From: a virus
Length of the DNA stretch: 35,409 nt
Strand: one strand, 5' to 3'
IMG/VR virus record: IMGVR_UViG_3300045988_175750
Each line of letters starts with the position of its first letter. Position 1 is the stretch's first letter. Below are positions 9,541 to 18,224 of this stretch, one piece after another. Made by a program: the position numbers and the translations under genes. Below the pieces are notes generated by a model, which saw only the letters and a list, made by a program, of their open reading frames with translations, ran no database searches and was not told the DNA's origin.

Positions 9541-10062
9541 TTACTTCAGGTACTTGTAAAGCTTCACGCCTTTAGAATCGGGGTAGCAGGTGAGGGTGAC
9601 GTTGTACGAAATCGCTTCCTCGTTCTTGTAGGTGATTTCGCCGCGCTCGGTAACCTGGGCGTCGGGCGCGCAGAGGCGGATTACCTTGTCGCCGTCGAGC
9701 ACGTCGAGAATAACGGTCTGGTGCGGCGCCTGCTTACCTGCGACCTTCACCGCGGTTGCTGACGCCTCGGAGTCGGCGTAGTAAATCTTGTTGGTGAGCG
9801 CGGTAGTCTCTAGCATCGTGAGCTGAAGAGTGACCTTGTGCGAGGTCTGGATCGTGCGCACCACGTCGCCGTTCTGCCAGGCCTTGATGTCGGTAGTGTC
9901 CGAGTCGATAGTCTGGGTGATACCATCCTCACTGATATAGCCCGCGTCCTTGAACGCCACATTCGGCGTGTCAGCTGCGGTTGTAGGCAGTGCGGTTCCC
10001 AGGTCTGCGACCATAAAGGCGCCGCTGATGGCGACGCGAACGTTAGCAGCATTGTTAGCCAT
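9541..10062 (-). CDS. Major tail protein
   Basis: This 173-aa ORF lies between the head-tail connectors and the G/GT chaperones. It is beta-rich and preceded by AAGGAGATAGCG. Confidence 0.8.
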   Translation of the reverse strand: MANNAANVRVAISGAFMVADLGTALPTTAADTPNVAFKDAGYISEDGITQTIDSDTTDIKAWQNGDVVRTIQTSHKVTLQLTMLETTALTNKIYYADSEASATAVKVAGKQAPHQTVILDVLDGDKVIRLCAPDAQVTERGEITYKNEEAISYNVTLTCYPDSKGVKLYKYLK

Positions 10063-10092
10063 AACGCTATCTCCTTGTCTTGGGGTGGGTAA

Positions 10093-10116
10093 AGAAAAAG
10101 CCCCGAAACAGGGGCG
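10093..10116 (-). terminator. Rho-independent terminator after the connector gene block
   Basis: On the minus strand the sequence gcccctgtttcggggc is followed by ttttt. Confidence 0.55.
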
Positions 10117-10130
10117 CTAGGGTCTCAAGA

Positions 10131-10194
10131 AAAAGGCCGACGGCGCGAAAAGGCCGACGGCGCGAAAAGGCCTACGGCGCGAAAAGGCCTACGC
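10131..10194. repeat. 17-bp tandem repeat, about 3.7 copies (aaaaggccgacggcgcg / aaaaggcctacggcgcg)
   Basis: Copies start at 10131, 10148, 10165 and 10182. The last copy overlaps the stop codon of CDS 10189..10587. Confidence 0.9.
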
Positions 10195-10587
10195 TGCTTC
10201 GCCGCGCAGGGTAATAGTGAAGTTCTGTCGGAAGCGCGGGACATCTGCGTCGGTGTCTGGCATCCAAACAATCCCGCCAAGTGGGCGGCACCCATACACC
10301 GTTGTCCCGTCGTAGACCCCCGCGATAGTTTTCAGATGGGCGCGGGCTTTCTCCGCGAGCGTGTATGCCTTGTGCTCATCATCCGCCCAAGCATCTACGA
10401 TGCAGGCGCGGGCCGCATGAGCCGGGGAAAGCTCTTCACCGCCGGAAGGGGTAAGCATGATGAACTCTTCTGGGCGCGGGTTAGGCTCTCGCGCCACATA
10501 CACAGGCACAGCGAGCGCAGCACGGAGCTGTTTTCGGAGGATGGTGTAGGCGTTGGGGTAGATAATTGTTTCGCGGTTGTGTGCCAT
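10189..10587 (-). CDS. Tail terminator / head-tail joining protein
   Basis: This 132-aa ORF is the last of four small connector ORFs before the major tail gene. The assignment is by synteny. Confidence 0.6.
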   Translation of the reverse strand: MAHNRETIIYPNAYTILRKQLRAALAVPVYVAREPNPRPEEFIMLTPSGGEELSPAHAARACIVDAWADDEHKAYTLAEKARAHLKTIAGVYDGTTVYGCRPLGGIVWMPDTDADVPRFRQNFTITLRGEAA

Positions 10588-10591
10588 CTAT

Positions 10592-10864
10592 TTATCCGCC
10601 CCAGCCTGTGACTGCCTTTGAGAGGGCGCCGTGTTTCGCTTCGGCTCTCATCCCTGCTGCGCCGTTGGGGTATACGCGGGCTACTGCGGTGGCTTTCCCG
10701 GCGCGGGTTGAGACGCTGAAATCTTTCCCGGCGCGGCGTTGTATGGCGGTGGCTTCTTGGGTGAGGGCTGACTGGATTTGTGGGCTGGTGCGGAGCTGGT
10801 AGAAGGCGGGGAGATTGAGCACTACTTTTGTTTTTGCCATTTTGGCCTCGCTATCCTTCAACAC
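10592..10864 (-). CDS. Head-tail connector protein (HK97 gp10-like by position)
   Basis: The ORF is 90 aa. The internal start MAKTKVV at 10840 (82 aa) is equally plausible. Confidence 0.6.
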   Translation of the reverse strand: MLKDSEAKMAKTKVVLNLPAFYQLRTSPQIQSALTQEATAIQRRAGKDFSVSTRAGKATAVARVYPNGAAGMRAEAKHGALSKAVTGWGG

Positions 10865-11189
10865 GGTTTAGGTTGATGCGGCACCCTGGGGCGAAGGCAA
10901 AGGGGCCGTGCGTGTAGTCTTCGGGCCAACCCACGGCTTCGAACATGACGCCATTTATGGATACCTTGTCGCCTGGGGCGGTGAAGGGGTCTGGGGCGTA
11001 GAGGTCAAGGTCTCGGCGCACACCTGTTCCTAGCTCTCGGATTTCTGTTTCGGCGCCGGGCGGTGCCCAGCCGTATACCAGCATGTTTTTGGGTGGGTTG
11101 AATTTCGGGGCTGGGCGGCCCCAGTCATCTTCTTCTGCTGCTGAGCGGGCGTAGTGTAGCACCGTGTGGGTGGGTTTAATGAAGGACAT
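10851..11189 (-). CDS. Head closure / head-tail adaptor protein
   Basis: This 112-aa ORF is the second connector gene after the capsid gene. The assignment is by synteny. Confidence 0.6.
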   Translation of the reverse strand: MSFIKPTHTVLHYARSAAEEDDWGRPAPKFNPPKNMLVYGWAPPGAETEIRELGTGVRRDLDLYAPDPFTAPGDKVSINGVMFEAVGWPEDYTHGPFAFAPGCRINLNRVEG

Positions 11190-11193
11190 TTCC

Positions 11194-11574
11194 TTATCCG
11201 ACCTCCCCAGTTAGCAGGTCGTAGGCGGTGGCTTTTTGCCGCCCGATGCCTAGCAGCCGCTTCTCTAGCTTTGAGAGGTAGAGTGAGCCGTTCGGGTTTG
11301 TGAATGAAATCTGCTGATTGAAAGGGCCTGCGGTCTGCGAGATGCTGGATGCGCCGTCTACGAATGGCTGTGAGGCCATGCCTCGTTTCACCATTGCGCA
11401 GGCGACCATGATAATAGCTTGTTCGCTGAGGGTGTCCCAGTGCGGGGCGGCGGTTTGGATGAGAACCCCGGCGTCTGATAGCAGCTGTTCGGCGTGCTTA
11501 TCAGAGCCGGGGGGCATATCCGGCCATCGGGCGCGCAGGTCTTCGGCTGTTATGAGCGGAAATTTACAGGTCAT
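11194..11574 (-). CDS. Head-tail connector (gp6-like) protein
   Basis: This 126-aa ORF lies directly downstream of the major capsid gene. Confidence 0.6.
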   Translation of the reverse strand: MTCKFPLITAEDLRARWPDMPPGSDKHAEQLLSDAGVLIQTAAPHWDTLSEQAIIMVACAMVKRGMASQPFVDGASSISQTAGPFNQQISFTNPNGSLYLSKLEKRLLGIGRQKATAYDLLTGEVG

Positions 11575-11593
11575 GGTTGCGCGCCCTTTCGGC

Positions 11594-12505
11594 TTACTTG
11601 AGGGTGTATTTCACGAAGCTATCCTTGTCGGCGAGCAGCCAGCCGAATTCCGCTTCGGCGCGCACAGCAACAAGGTTGTTCTCGAACAGAGACACAAGCT
11701 TGCCGCCAATCGTTACAGCGGCCTCGGTTGAGACATCGAAGGTGATACCGCCGACGGTGCCCCAAATGCACTTGCTCCAATTGCCGCCGAAGCCGACAAC
11801 GGAGCCGGTGGTGGTTGCGGGCGCGATGCCTTCTGCGAAGACTGCGGGGCGGCCTAGCAGGGTCCCAGCTACAACCGACTCAGCGGTCCCAGTGGTGGGG
11901 GAGGCGGTGAAGATGGGGCGACCGTTGTTATCGACGGAGCTGTTCAGCATCGGTTCCACTACCGTATCCAGGGCGAACCCGGTAAGACGCTTACGGTCTT
12001 TCGCTAGGACGTTCAGCCCTTCGTTGATGTCGGCGAACAGCCCGCCCTTAGCTGCGGTTGAGGTGCCCAGGGTGACGGTCTTAGCCGTTGCGGCGAGGTT
12101 CTGATCTGAACCGAACGGGGAGTCGGTGCCGTGCAGTGCTGCGGCGTCGAATGCCTTTGCGAAGGCCTCGGCAATATCCTGCTTGAGGATTTCCATAAAC
12201 CCGCCGGGGTTGGAGCGCACCACCTCAGCTGAGACCGGGACGATTGCCGCCAGCTTCTTCGGTGTCATGGTCTTAATGCCCAGGCCGCCGTTAGTGGTAG
12301 GCTTCTGCCCACCCTCAGATACCCAGCCTGCGGTAGGCTTCGAAGTCACAATCGGCACATCAACGCCGTTTGCGGAGAGGGGGACCTGACGTGCGAGAGT
12401 TTGCGCGATAGAGACCTTACGGACCTCTTCGAAATATGCTTCCGCCAGCTCGGGGCGGATAAAGCCGGAAAAATCTCCGGTCTGTACGGCCTTGGTAACA
12501 GCCAT
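11594..12505 (-). CDS. Major capsid protein (HK97 fold type)
   Basis: This 303-aa ORF follows the scaffold gene. Its N-terminal region (FIRPELAEAYFEEVRKVSIAQTLARQVPLSANGVDVPI) is typical of the HK97 capsid family. Confidence 0.9.
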   Translation of the reverse strand: MAVTKAVQTGDFSGFIRPELAEAYFEEVRKVSIAQTLARQVPLSANGVDVPIVTSKPTAGWVSEGGQKPTTNGGLGIKTMTPKKLAAIVPVSAEVVRSNPGGFMEILKQDIAEAFAKAFDAAALHGTDSPFGSDQNLAATAKTVTLGTSTAAKGGLFADINEGLNVLAKDRKRLTGFALDTVVEPMLNSSVDNNGRPIFTASPTTGTAESVVAGTLLGRPAVFAEGIAPATTTGSVVGFGGNWSKCIWGTVGGITFDVSTEAAVTIGGKLVSLFENNLVAVRAEAEFGWLLADKDSFVKYTLK

Positions 12506-12537
12506 ATCTATCTAACTCCTATATAGGTCGGTTTTGG

Positions 12538-13053
12538 TTATTTGGCGCCCACGGCAGCTTTCAGTTTGTCCAGCAGCGGGTTACCGTTCAGCGCTAAATC
12601 AGGTTCGCCTTCGCCTGGGACAACCACGCGCTGCGGGCCGGGCACAGTGGCAATCAGCTCTTTGAGCTGTGCCGCGTGCTCTTCTAGTTCCTTGCGGGTG
12701 CTCCCACGCAGTGCGGCGGCGGGAACGCCTGCCTCAGCGGCAACCTCTTCCCGCCAGTCTCGAACCTGATTCGCTGCCTTCAAATCAGCGAGCGCAGCTT
12801 CCGCTTTTTCAGCGCGTTCTATAGCGTCATTAACAGCTGCGGCTTTCTCTTGCAGTTCCGCGTAGTCAGCGAATTTCGCGCGCTCACGTTCTAGACGCTT
12901 GGCGATCACTTGGTCTAGCTGCCGCTGTGAGGTTATTTCACGGAATGGGCCGGTTTCCTCGCTCTGCGGCTCTTGCGCGGGGGCCGTAGGGTGGGTTTCT
13001 TCTGCGGCGGGGGTTTCCGTGGTTACCTGCTCGCTGGTTTCTGCGTCTGCCAT
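12538..13053 (-). CDS. Head scaffolding protein
   Basis: This 171-aa ORF is acidic, Ala/Glu-rich and helical, and lies immediately upstream of the capsid gene. Confidence 0.8.
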   Translation of the reverse strand: MADAETSEQVTTETPAAEETHPTAPAQEPQSEETGPFREITSQRQLDQVIAKRLERERAKFADYAELQEKAAAVNDAIERAEKAEAALADLKAANQVRDWREEVAAEAGVPAAALRGSTRKELEEHAAQLKELIATVPGPQRVVVPGEGEPDLALNGNPLLDKLKAAVGAK

Positions 13054-13073
13054 TTGGGGCTCCTTAAATGCGC

Positions 13074-13100
13074 CAGCCCCGCGCTGTGGTGGCGTGGGGC
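13074..13100 (+). other. Degenerate copy of the conserved GC-rich hairpin element
   Basis: The sequence agccccgcgc-tgtggtg-gcgtggggct is related to the elements at 13170 and 32400. Confidence 0.5.
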
Positions 13101-13169
13101 TGTGGGTTATTATGTTGTGCCGCCTCTTTCCCCGGGCGGTCGGGTAAAACTTTTTGTGTGGGTATGGGT

Positions 13170-13205
13170 AAGCCCCGCGCGCCGGGTGGCGGGCGGGGCT
13201 TCCTC
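13170..13205 (+). terminator. Conserved GC-rich hairpin element, copy A
   Basis: The sequence aagccccgcgcgccgggtggcgggcggggctt forms a 13-bp stem with one mismatch. It is near-identical to 32400..32436. Confidence 0.5.
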
Positions 13206-13226
13206 TTGTGCGGGGTGAGTGGTGTC

Positions 13227-13535
13227 TTATGCTGCGGCGAGCGCTGGGGCGGTGGCGTCTATGATGTCGCCTTCGCTGTTCTCGTAGGTGGCGGCCGCAC
13301 CGGATGCTTTGACGGCTTCCCAGGTTTCAGCTGCTAGGTCTTCACTGGTGTTTGACCGGATGTGCAGTGTGGTGCCTGGGTCTGGCTCATTGGAGTAGAC
13401 AAGGACGGCTCCGCGGTTGGGGAAGGTGTAGGCTGCATCAGCTGCCGTGTCTGCGGCGGCTGCGCCTTTCATGGCTTCCACGATTTTTAGCGCTTCTGGT
13501 GTCTCTGCCTCAATGGTGATGTATGCCTTGTACAT
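13227..13535 (-). CDS. Small acidic protein, candidate immunity partner of the MuF-fused nuclease
   Basis: This 102-aa ORF starts 2 nt after the stop of the MuF-nuclease gene. It is rich in E, D and A and has no structural-gene counterpart in the canonical head module. Confidence 0.6.
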   Translation of the reverse strand: MYKAYITIEAETPEALKIVEAMKGAAAADTAADAAYTFPNRGAVLVYSNEPDPGTTLHIRSNTSEDLAAETWEAVKASGAAATYENSEGDIIDATAPALAAA

Positions 13536-13537
13536 GG

Positions 13538-14746
13538 CTAGTACCCTCTCGTGATAGCTTCGGCGTTGGGAAGTAATACTATCACTTCGTCTATATGGTG
13601 TCTGCCTTCCCTTACATCTTCATTGTAGCGCTTTATGGTGGCGTCTACTTTGGCTGTGATTTCTTCCCGGCTGAGTGGGCTGTCCGATGCGTCTAGGACG
13701 ATCTTTCCCGCTTGGGTGCGGGCTTTACGGATTTGCCCTTGGATGCCGCTAAGGCTTGCCCCTTTCAGCTTTTTAAATTCCCACCGTTCCCCTTCTAAGG
13801 TGGCGTCGGGGGTGGCGTCTGTCTCGGCGGGCGGTATGAACACCGTGCTCATCCCGAGCTTTGCCAGCTTCTCCGCCGTGTCTAGCTCATGCTGGTACAC
13901 ATGCTTTGCTGCTGAGCGGTCCACAGCTCCTTGCTTGGCTGGCTCGGCGAGCGCGTGCCAGCTTTGCGGGGCTGTACGGGAGTGTTCTTTGGGCTCGCCG
14001 TGGGCCGGGTAGATGCCAGGGTATATTTTCTCCATCTGAGAGACTATATCCCAATCTGTGAGCCCTATTTCCCCGCCCGCTTCTTTGGCTGCCGCTTGGC
14101 GTGCGGTTTGGTACCGGCGATAGTCTGCGGCAGGGTTGTACCCCTTGATTTTTGGGGTCTTTTTACCCCAGGCGGGCACGATCATACAGTCGCAATGATC
14201 GTGAAACTTATGGTCGGCGCCAGCGGCTTTTTCTGATGCGTAGTCAAAACCCCGTGAGGCGAGCATGCGGCAGAAAGCGCAGGTTTCGCTTCCTGAGGGG
14301 ACGCGGGCGAATCGTGGGCGGGCAGGGTCTTTTTCTGCTGCGGCAGTGATGGTGTCACGCCCCGCTGATTTTACGATTCGATCCAGCATCCCGGCTAACG
14401 CCGTACTCACTTGCTCAGTGCCGTTTTCTTCCCAGAGAGGCCCCGCCGCGGCGCGAACTTTTGCCTCTACTGCTTCATGAGGGATGGCTGCGGGCAGCTG
14501 AACCCGGTAATCTTCTTTCCCGGTTTCTAGCGCCCGCATCGCCTCGTACCAATCTGCTGCGGCTGCTGCTGCGGCACCACCGTATCGGCCTGCTATAGCC
14601 TGCGTGAGGGTAATCAGCTCATCCCGCACCTGGGCGGGGTCGGCGGTAGCGGGGGTTGCCCTGAGTGCCCTGATAACAAGCTGTTGCGCTTCCTCTGAGA
14701 GGCCGTTCATGGTGGCAAGAAGCGCGTCGATGTCTTCACGGCGCAT
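13538..14746 (-). CDS. MuF-like minor head protein fused to a C-terminal PD-(D/E)xK (CdiA-CT / Tox-REase-like) nuclease domain
   Basis: This 402-aa ORF lies directly after the portal gene. It carries the MuF-type Zn motif TCAFCRMLASRGFDY...HKFHDHCDCMIVP. The C-terminal ~130 aa read ELDTAEKLAKLGMSTVFIPP...TPDATLEGERWEFKKL...QAGKIVLDAS (a D...ExK pattern). Confidence 0.75.
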   Translation of the reverse strand: MRREDIDALLATMNGLSEEAQQLVIRALRATPATADPAQVRDELITLTQAIAGRYGGAAAAAAADWYEAMRALETGKEDYRVQLPAAIPHEAVEAKVRAAAGPLWEENGTEQVSTALAGMLDRIVKSAGRDTITAAAEKDPARPRFARVPSGSETCAFCRMLASRGFDYASEKAAGADHKFHDHCDCMIVPAWGKKTPKIKGYNPAADYRRYQTARQAAAKEAGGEIGLTDWDIVSQMEKIYPGIYPAHGEPKEHSRTAPQSWHALAEPAKQGAVDRSAAKHVYQHELDTAEKLAKLGMSTVFIPPAETDATPDATLEGERWEFKKLKGASLSGIQGQIRKARTQAGKIVLDASDSPLSREEITAKVDATIKRYNEDVREGRHHIDEVIVLLPNAEAITRGY

Positions 14747-14767
14747 CGGTGCACCTCCTTACCTTCG

Positions 14768-16261
14768 TTACGGCTTGCTATCATCGGGCGCCTGCGCGGT
14801 AGCGTCGCTAGGCTCTTCCTTCGGTGCTGGCGGCCCCTCTTGAGGCGCTGGCGGGTTTTCTGCTTGCCTGCTTGCTAGTACAGCGTCAAGCATTTTCGAC
14901 CCCTCAGCGCGGCGTTTATCCGCGATGAGCCGTTCTACGGCCGCCGCGTCATACCCCAGCTTCTCTAGGATAACCGGGGATTCGGCAAGCCACGGCATGA
15001 TCTGAACCTGCTTGAGCACGGCGTCTGCTGCTGCCGCGTCTGAGGTCTGGAACGTCGGGGCGAACCATGCGGAGACCTTCGACAGCCCTTCGAGGGAAGA
15101 CACATCAGATGTCCCCTCGCGCAGCAGCACGGAAATAATTGCGAGCTGCCGCAAAGACGCCTTATAGCCCCGAATAACCCGGTTGGCTCCAAGACGCAGC
15201 GGGTCGCGCTGAGACTGAATCGCTGAATCTGAGGAAGGGTTTTCCGATGGGAAGCCCAGCTCATCAATCGGGATTTGCGACTCAGCCGCTAGGAGCGCCG
15301 CCCACTGGCGGAGCTGATCTGTGTGCGGCTGCATGCTCAGCTGCGAGAATTGGCCGACCTGAGGGAGCTCCCCGTCTTCATCACGGCTTACCGTCAGCAT
15401 CTTAGAAATCAGTGCAGACCATTTCGACGCCGAGAGGGTTTCCTCATCAACGCCGAGCATGTACCGCTGCGGAGAGGCGTAGAACTCTGCGCTGATTTCT
15501 GAGCGAACAATCGTTCGGATCGCTGAGTCTGTTAGGGACATGACGGCCCTGCTAATCCGTGCACGCCCGAACGGGCGGCGCAGGTCTGCCCCCACAGTGA
15601 CGGGCACAATAAGCGGGCGGCCTGTCGGGTTGGGGATAATCTCTGCTTCATATTGCCCGTCACGGCGGATTTTTATAATCGCTGTCTTATCGGGCAGGTA
15701 GAGGGCAACCTCGCGGGGAGTGACACCGCCGAGGCCATCCTCATCTGCTTTCGTGATAGACAGGCCCGCCTTGAGAGTATGCGTGCGTTTGTTCCAAATC
15801 CCTGTTGCCCAGTGCGCGGTTTTAGGGAGCCAAAGGATTTCCGGCTCGCCCTTCGACGTGTCGCCCTGGGTGATTGTGATAAAGGCGCAGGAATGTGTGA
15901 GCGCGGATGAATTGGTCTGAGCGAACAGCTCCGTAAAATTGTTGTCTTCTACTATGCTGTTCAGCCCGAACGGGTCTTCCTCATCGCCTGGTGAAACAAA
16001 CTTCTCGAAGTTGATTCGGTCGGCGAGAACATCTACCACCTTCGCGGGCCAACCGAGTACAGAGTTGATTTTCTTGAGCTGCGGCGGGATGGAGATACCT
16101 AAATCAACCAGCCCCATGTGCTGATCGTAGTATTTCTGGCGCTCTATGTTCCTGCCCCGTTTCTTATCCAGCCGGGCTAACATCTTTTTGACAAGCGCCA
16201 TCTCATCGGTGGAAAGATGCATCTGCGGGGCCGAGCTGATAAACGGCATAACATCGGTCAT
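14768..16261 (-). CDS. Portal protein
   Basis: This 497-aa ORF overlaps the TerL stop by 4 nt, has an acidic C-terminal tail, and sits in the canonical position. Confidence 0.9.
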   Translation of the reverse strand: MTDVMPFISSAPQMHLSTDEMALVKKMLARLDKKRGRNIERQKYYDQHMGLVDLGISIPPQLKKINSVLGWPAKVVDVLADRINFEKFVSPGDEEDPFGLNSIVEDNNFTELFAQTNSSALTHSCAFITITQGDTSKGEPEILWLPKTAHWATGIWNKRTHTLKAGLSITKADEDGLGGVTPREVALYLPDKTAIIKIRRDGQYEAEIIPNPTGRPLIVPVTVGADLRRPFGRARISRAVMSLTDSAIRTIVRSEISAEFYASPQRYMLGVDEETLSASKWSALISKMLTVSRDEDGELPQVGQFSQLSMQPHTDQLRQWAALLAAESQIPIDELGFPSENPSSDSAIQSQRDPLRLGANRVIRGYKASLRQLAIISVLLREGTSDVSSLEGLSKVSAWFAPTFQTSDAAAADAVLKQVQIMPWLAESPVILEKLGYDAAAVERLIADKRRAEGSKMLDAVLASRQAENPPAPQEGPPAPKEEPSDATAQAPDDSKP

Positions 16262-17727
16262 ACGCTAATCCTCTGTTTTCTCTTTCCAGGGTTACGGCGC
16301 GTTGTCTTCGCACCCCAAAATGCTAGTGTTGCTGCTTCGAACAGGGAGACAGACCCGCCTTCTGGGGCCTGCCACCCGAAGCCGCCGCGAGCGCCTATCT
16401 TTCGTCGCGTTGCGGAAAGGACTTGCATGTTTAGCTCATCCTGCGCCGAGTGTGAGAGCGTGCCCGCGATGACGGCTTGGTCGAGCATGGCGTGGGCGGC
16501 GATCACTTGCTCAAGTGATGGCTGCCAGATGAGGTTTTTCTGTCTCACGCCGCGCTCTTGCAGGGCGTTCACCAGGTAGCCAACGCCCGCTTTGCCGTCT
16601 ATCACGAACTGGGCGGCGGTGTCTTTGCGGTCTACTAGGTAATCAATAAGCCATGAGGTGCCTGCGCTCAGAGGCTCACTGCGGATACCTTCAATGAAGA
16701 TAGGGCCGTCGCTGTCGGGGCGGCAGGCCGCAGATAGGGCGACTTCCAGCCCGTCGGGTGAGAACCTGACGCCGTAAACGGTTCGCCCAGCAGCGGGCGG
16801 CTCAGCTTGGAGCTTATTCCACGCCTCCGGCTGGATAGCGCGAGCGGCGAGCGCCTTCTCATCCCAGATTCCCAAACCCTCGCGTTTGAAGCTCTCATCG
16901 TTGGCGAGCAGCTTCCGCATGCGCTGGAATGCGGTTGTGCTGACTCGCTCGGGATAGGACGGGTTGGCTTTCATCCATTGCTTCTTATCGTCCAGGTTCG
17001 CGTTCGGGTCGGCGGAGCATTCGATAAAGAGGGTGTCCTTGTCGCCGTTGAGCGCTTCTTCGCGGCGTTGGGTGAAAACTTCGCCGGGGTCGATGGGGCG
17101 GGGTGGGGTGCCCATCATGATTACAAGGCCGTTTGGTGCCGCGTTTGTTGCGGGCACCATGTCATCCATTGCTTTCTCGGTGAGAATCTGCGCCTCATCT
17201 AGCACGATTACATCCACTTCGGGGAAGCCTCGGCCGAACCCATTTTCTCGTGCGCCGAAAAGGATTCGTGAGCCGTTTTTGAATTCGATTGCTTCCTGCC
17301 CGGCGCCGCGGCGAATGTGGGCGATAAATGGTTTCACGTCGGGCCGGTTCACAATGCCCTGCATCGCTGCGAATGTCTCGTTATGGGTGCGGGAGCGGTG
17401 AGCGCTCCATAGCACTAGGGTATTTGGCTGAGCGTTGCAGAGAGCAAGCATGAACCCAGCTACCATGTGGGTTTTCCCGACCTGGCGGGGGATGCTGATT
17501 ACAGCGCCGCCGACGCCGCAGGCATAAATGCCGTCTTCCCGCTTGGCGAAGATCAGCTTGCCAATCCCTACCTGCCAGGCGTCCATGCCGTACCGCATCC
17601 TGCCTAGCTGCTGGGCTATGCGCTGCCAGCCGGTAGTGACTATCCCCTCTGGGATAACCACGTGGCGGGCGACCTCATGCAGTCGCCGGGTCAAACGGGA
17701 TGTCGCCGACTTTGGCATCGAAGGCAA
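16258..17727 (-). CDS. terL: Terminase large subunit
   Basis: This 489-aa ORF has Walker A PRQVGKT and Walker B VDVIVLDEAQ. The start may instead be the ATG at 17718. Confidence 0.92.
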   Translation of the reverse strand: MPSMPKSATSRLTRRLHEVARHVVIPEGIVTTGWQRIAQQLGRMRYGMDAWQVGIGKLIFAKREDGIYACGVGGAVISIPRQVGKTHMVAGFMLALCNAQPNTLVLWSAHRSRTHNETFAAMQGIVNRPDVKPFIAHIRRGAGQEAIEFKNGSRILFGARENGFGRGFPEVDVIVLDEAQILTEKAMDDMVPATNAAPNGLVIMMGTPPRPIDPGEVFTQRREEALNGDKDTLFIECSADPNANLDDKKQWMKANPSYPERVSTTAFQRMRKLLANDESFKREGLGIWDEKALAARAIQPEAWNKLQAEPPAAGRTVYGVRFSPDGLEVALSAACRPDSDGPIFIEGIRSEPLSAGTSWLIDYLVDRKDTAAQFVIDGKAGVGYLVNALQERGVRQKNLIWQPSLEQVIAAHAMLDQAVIAGTLSHSAQDELNMQVLSATRRKIGARGGFGWQAPEGGSVSLFEAATLAFWGAKTTRRNPGKRKQRISV

Positions 17728-17980
17728 CCTCCTCTAGCTCCAACTCGGCGGCGACGGTCTCCATCTCATCAATATCTTTATCCACCTCTGCAAGGCGGCG
17801 GGTGAGGGCTGCAAGGTCGCGGGCGAGGATGTGCGGGTCATCAATCTGAGCGCCTATCCTGCGGCGAATTGCTTTGAGCCGGTCTAGGCGTGTTCCGTGC
17901 TCAATCGCCCACAGCACAGAATCTTTATCTGCTTCTGCCACGTCAAGATTTACGGGAGGTAGCTGTTTGACATTAGCCAT
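17675..17980 (-). CDS. Terminase small subunit (putative)
   Basis: This 101-aa helical ORF has a strong RBS (GGGAGGTGG) and lies immediately upstream of, and overlapping, terL. Confidence 0.6.
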   Translation of the reverse strand: MANVKQLPPVNLDVAEADKDSVLWAIEHGTRLDRLKAIRRRIGAQIDDPHILARDLAALTRRLAEVDKDIDEMETVAAELELEEVAFDAKVGDIPFDPATA

Positions 17981-17993
17981 TTAGCCACCTCCC

Positions 17994-18058
17994 GTAATGA
18001 AATTTTATTTATTACTTCGTTTAATTATTTATTTGTGGAAAAATCCTGTGAATATATC
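17994..18058. other. AT-rich tract in the HNH-terS gap (candidate bending/IHF-type region of a cos or pac site)
   Basis: The tract aatgaaattttatttattacttcgtttaattatttatttgtggaaaaatcc contains TTATTTATT twice. It stands out sharply against the GC-rich genome. Confidence 0.5.
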
Positions 18059-18224
18059 GCTATCGCCGGAGGGCGCGACCTGAGGCCGCCGCCCCGGGGC
18101 ACCTCCCCACCCCAAAATCGACTCTCCCCCTCCCTGGGGAGGTCTTCAAAAAAGGCTTCATAGTGTATATGTATTCCCTGGGGTGGTTCCGGTGCTAAAG
18201 TAAGCTTTTTTCTTCTTTTTTGCT

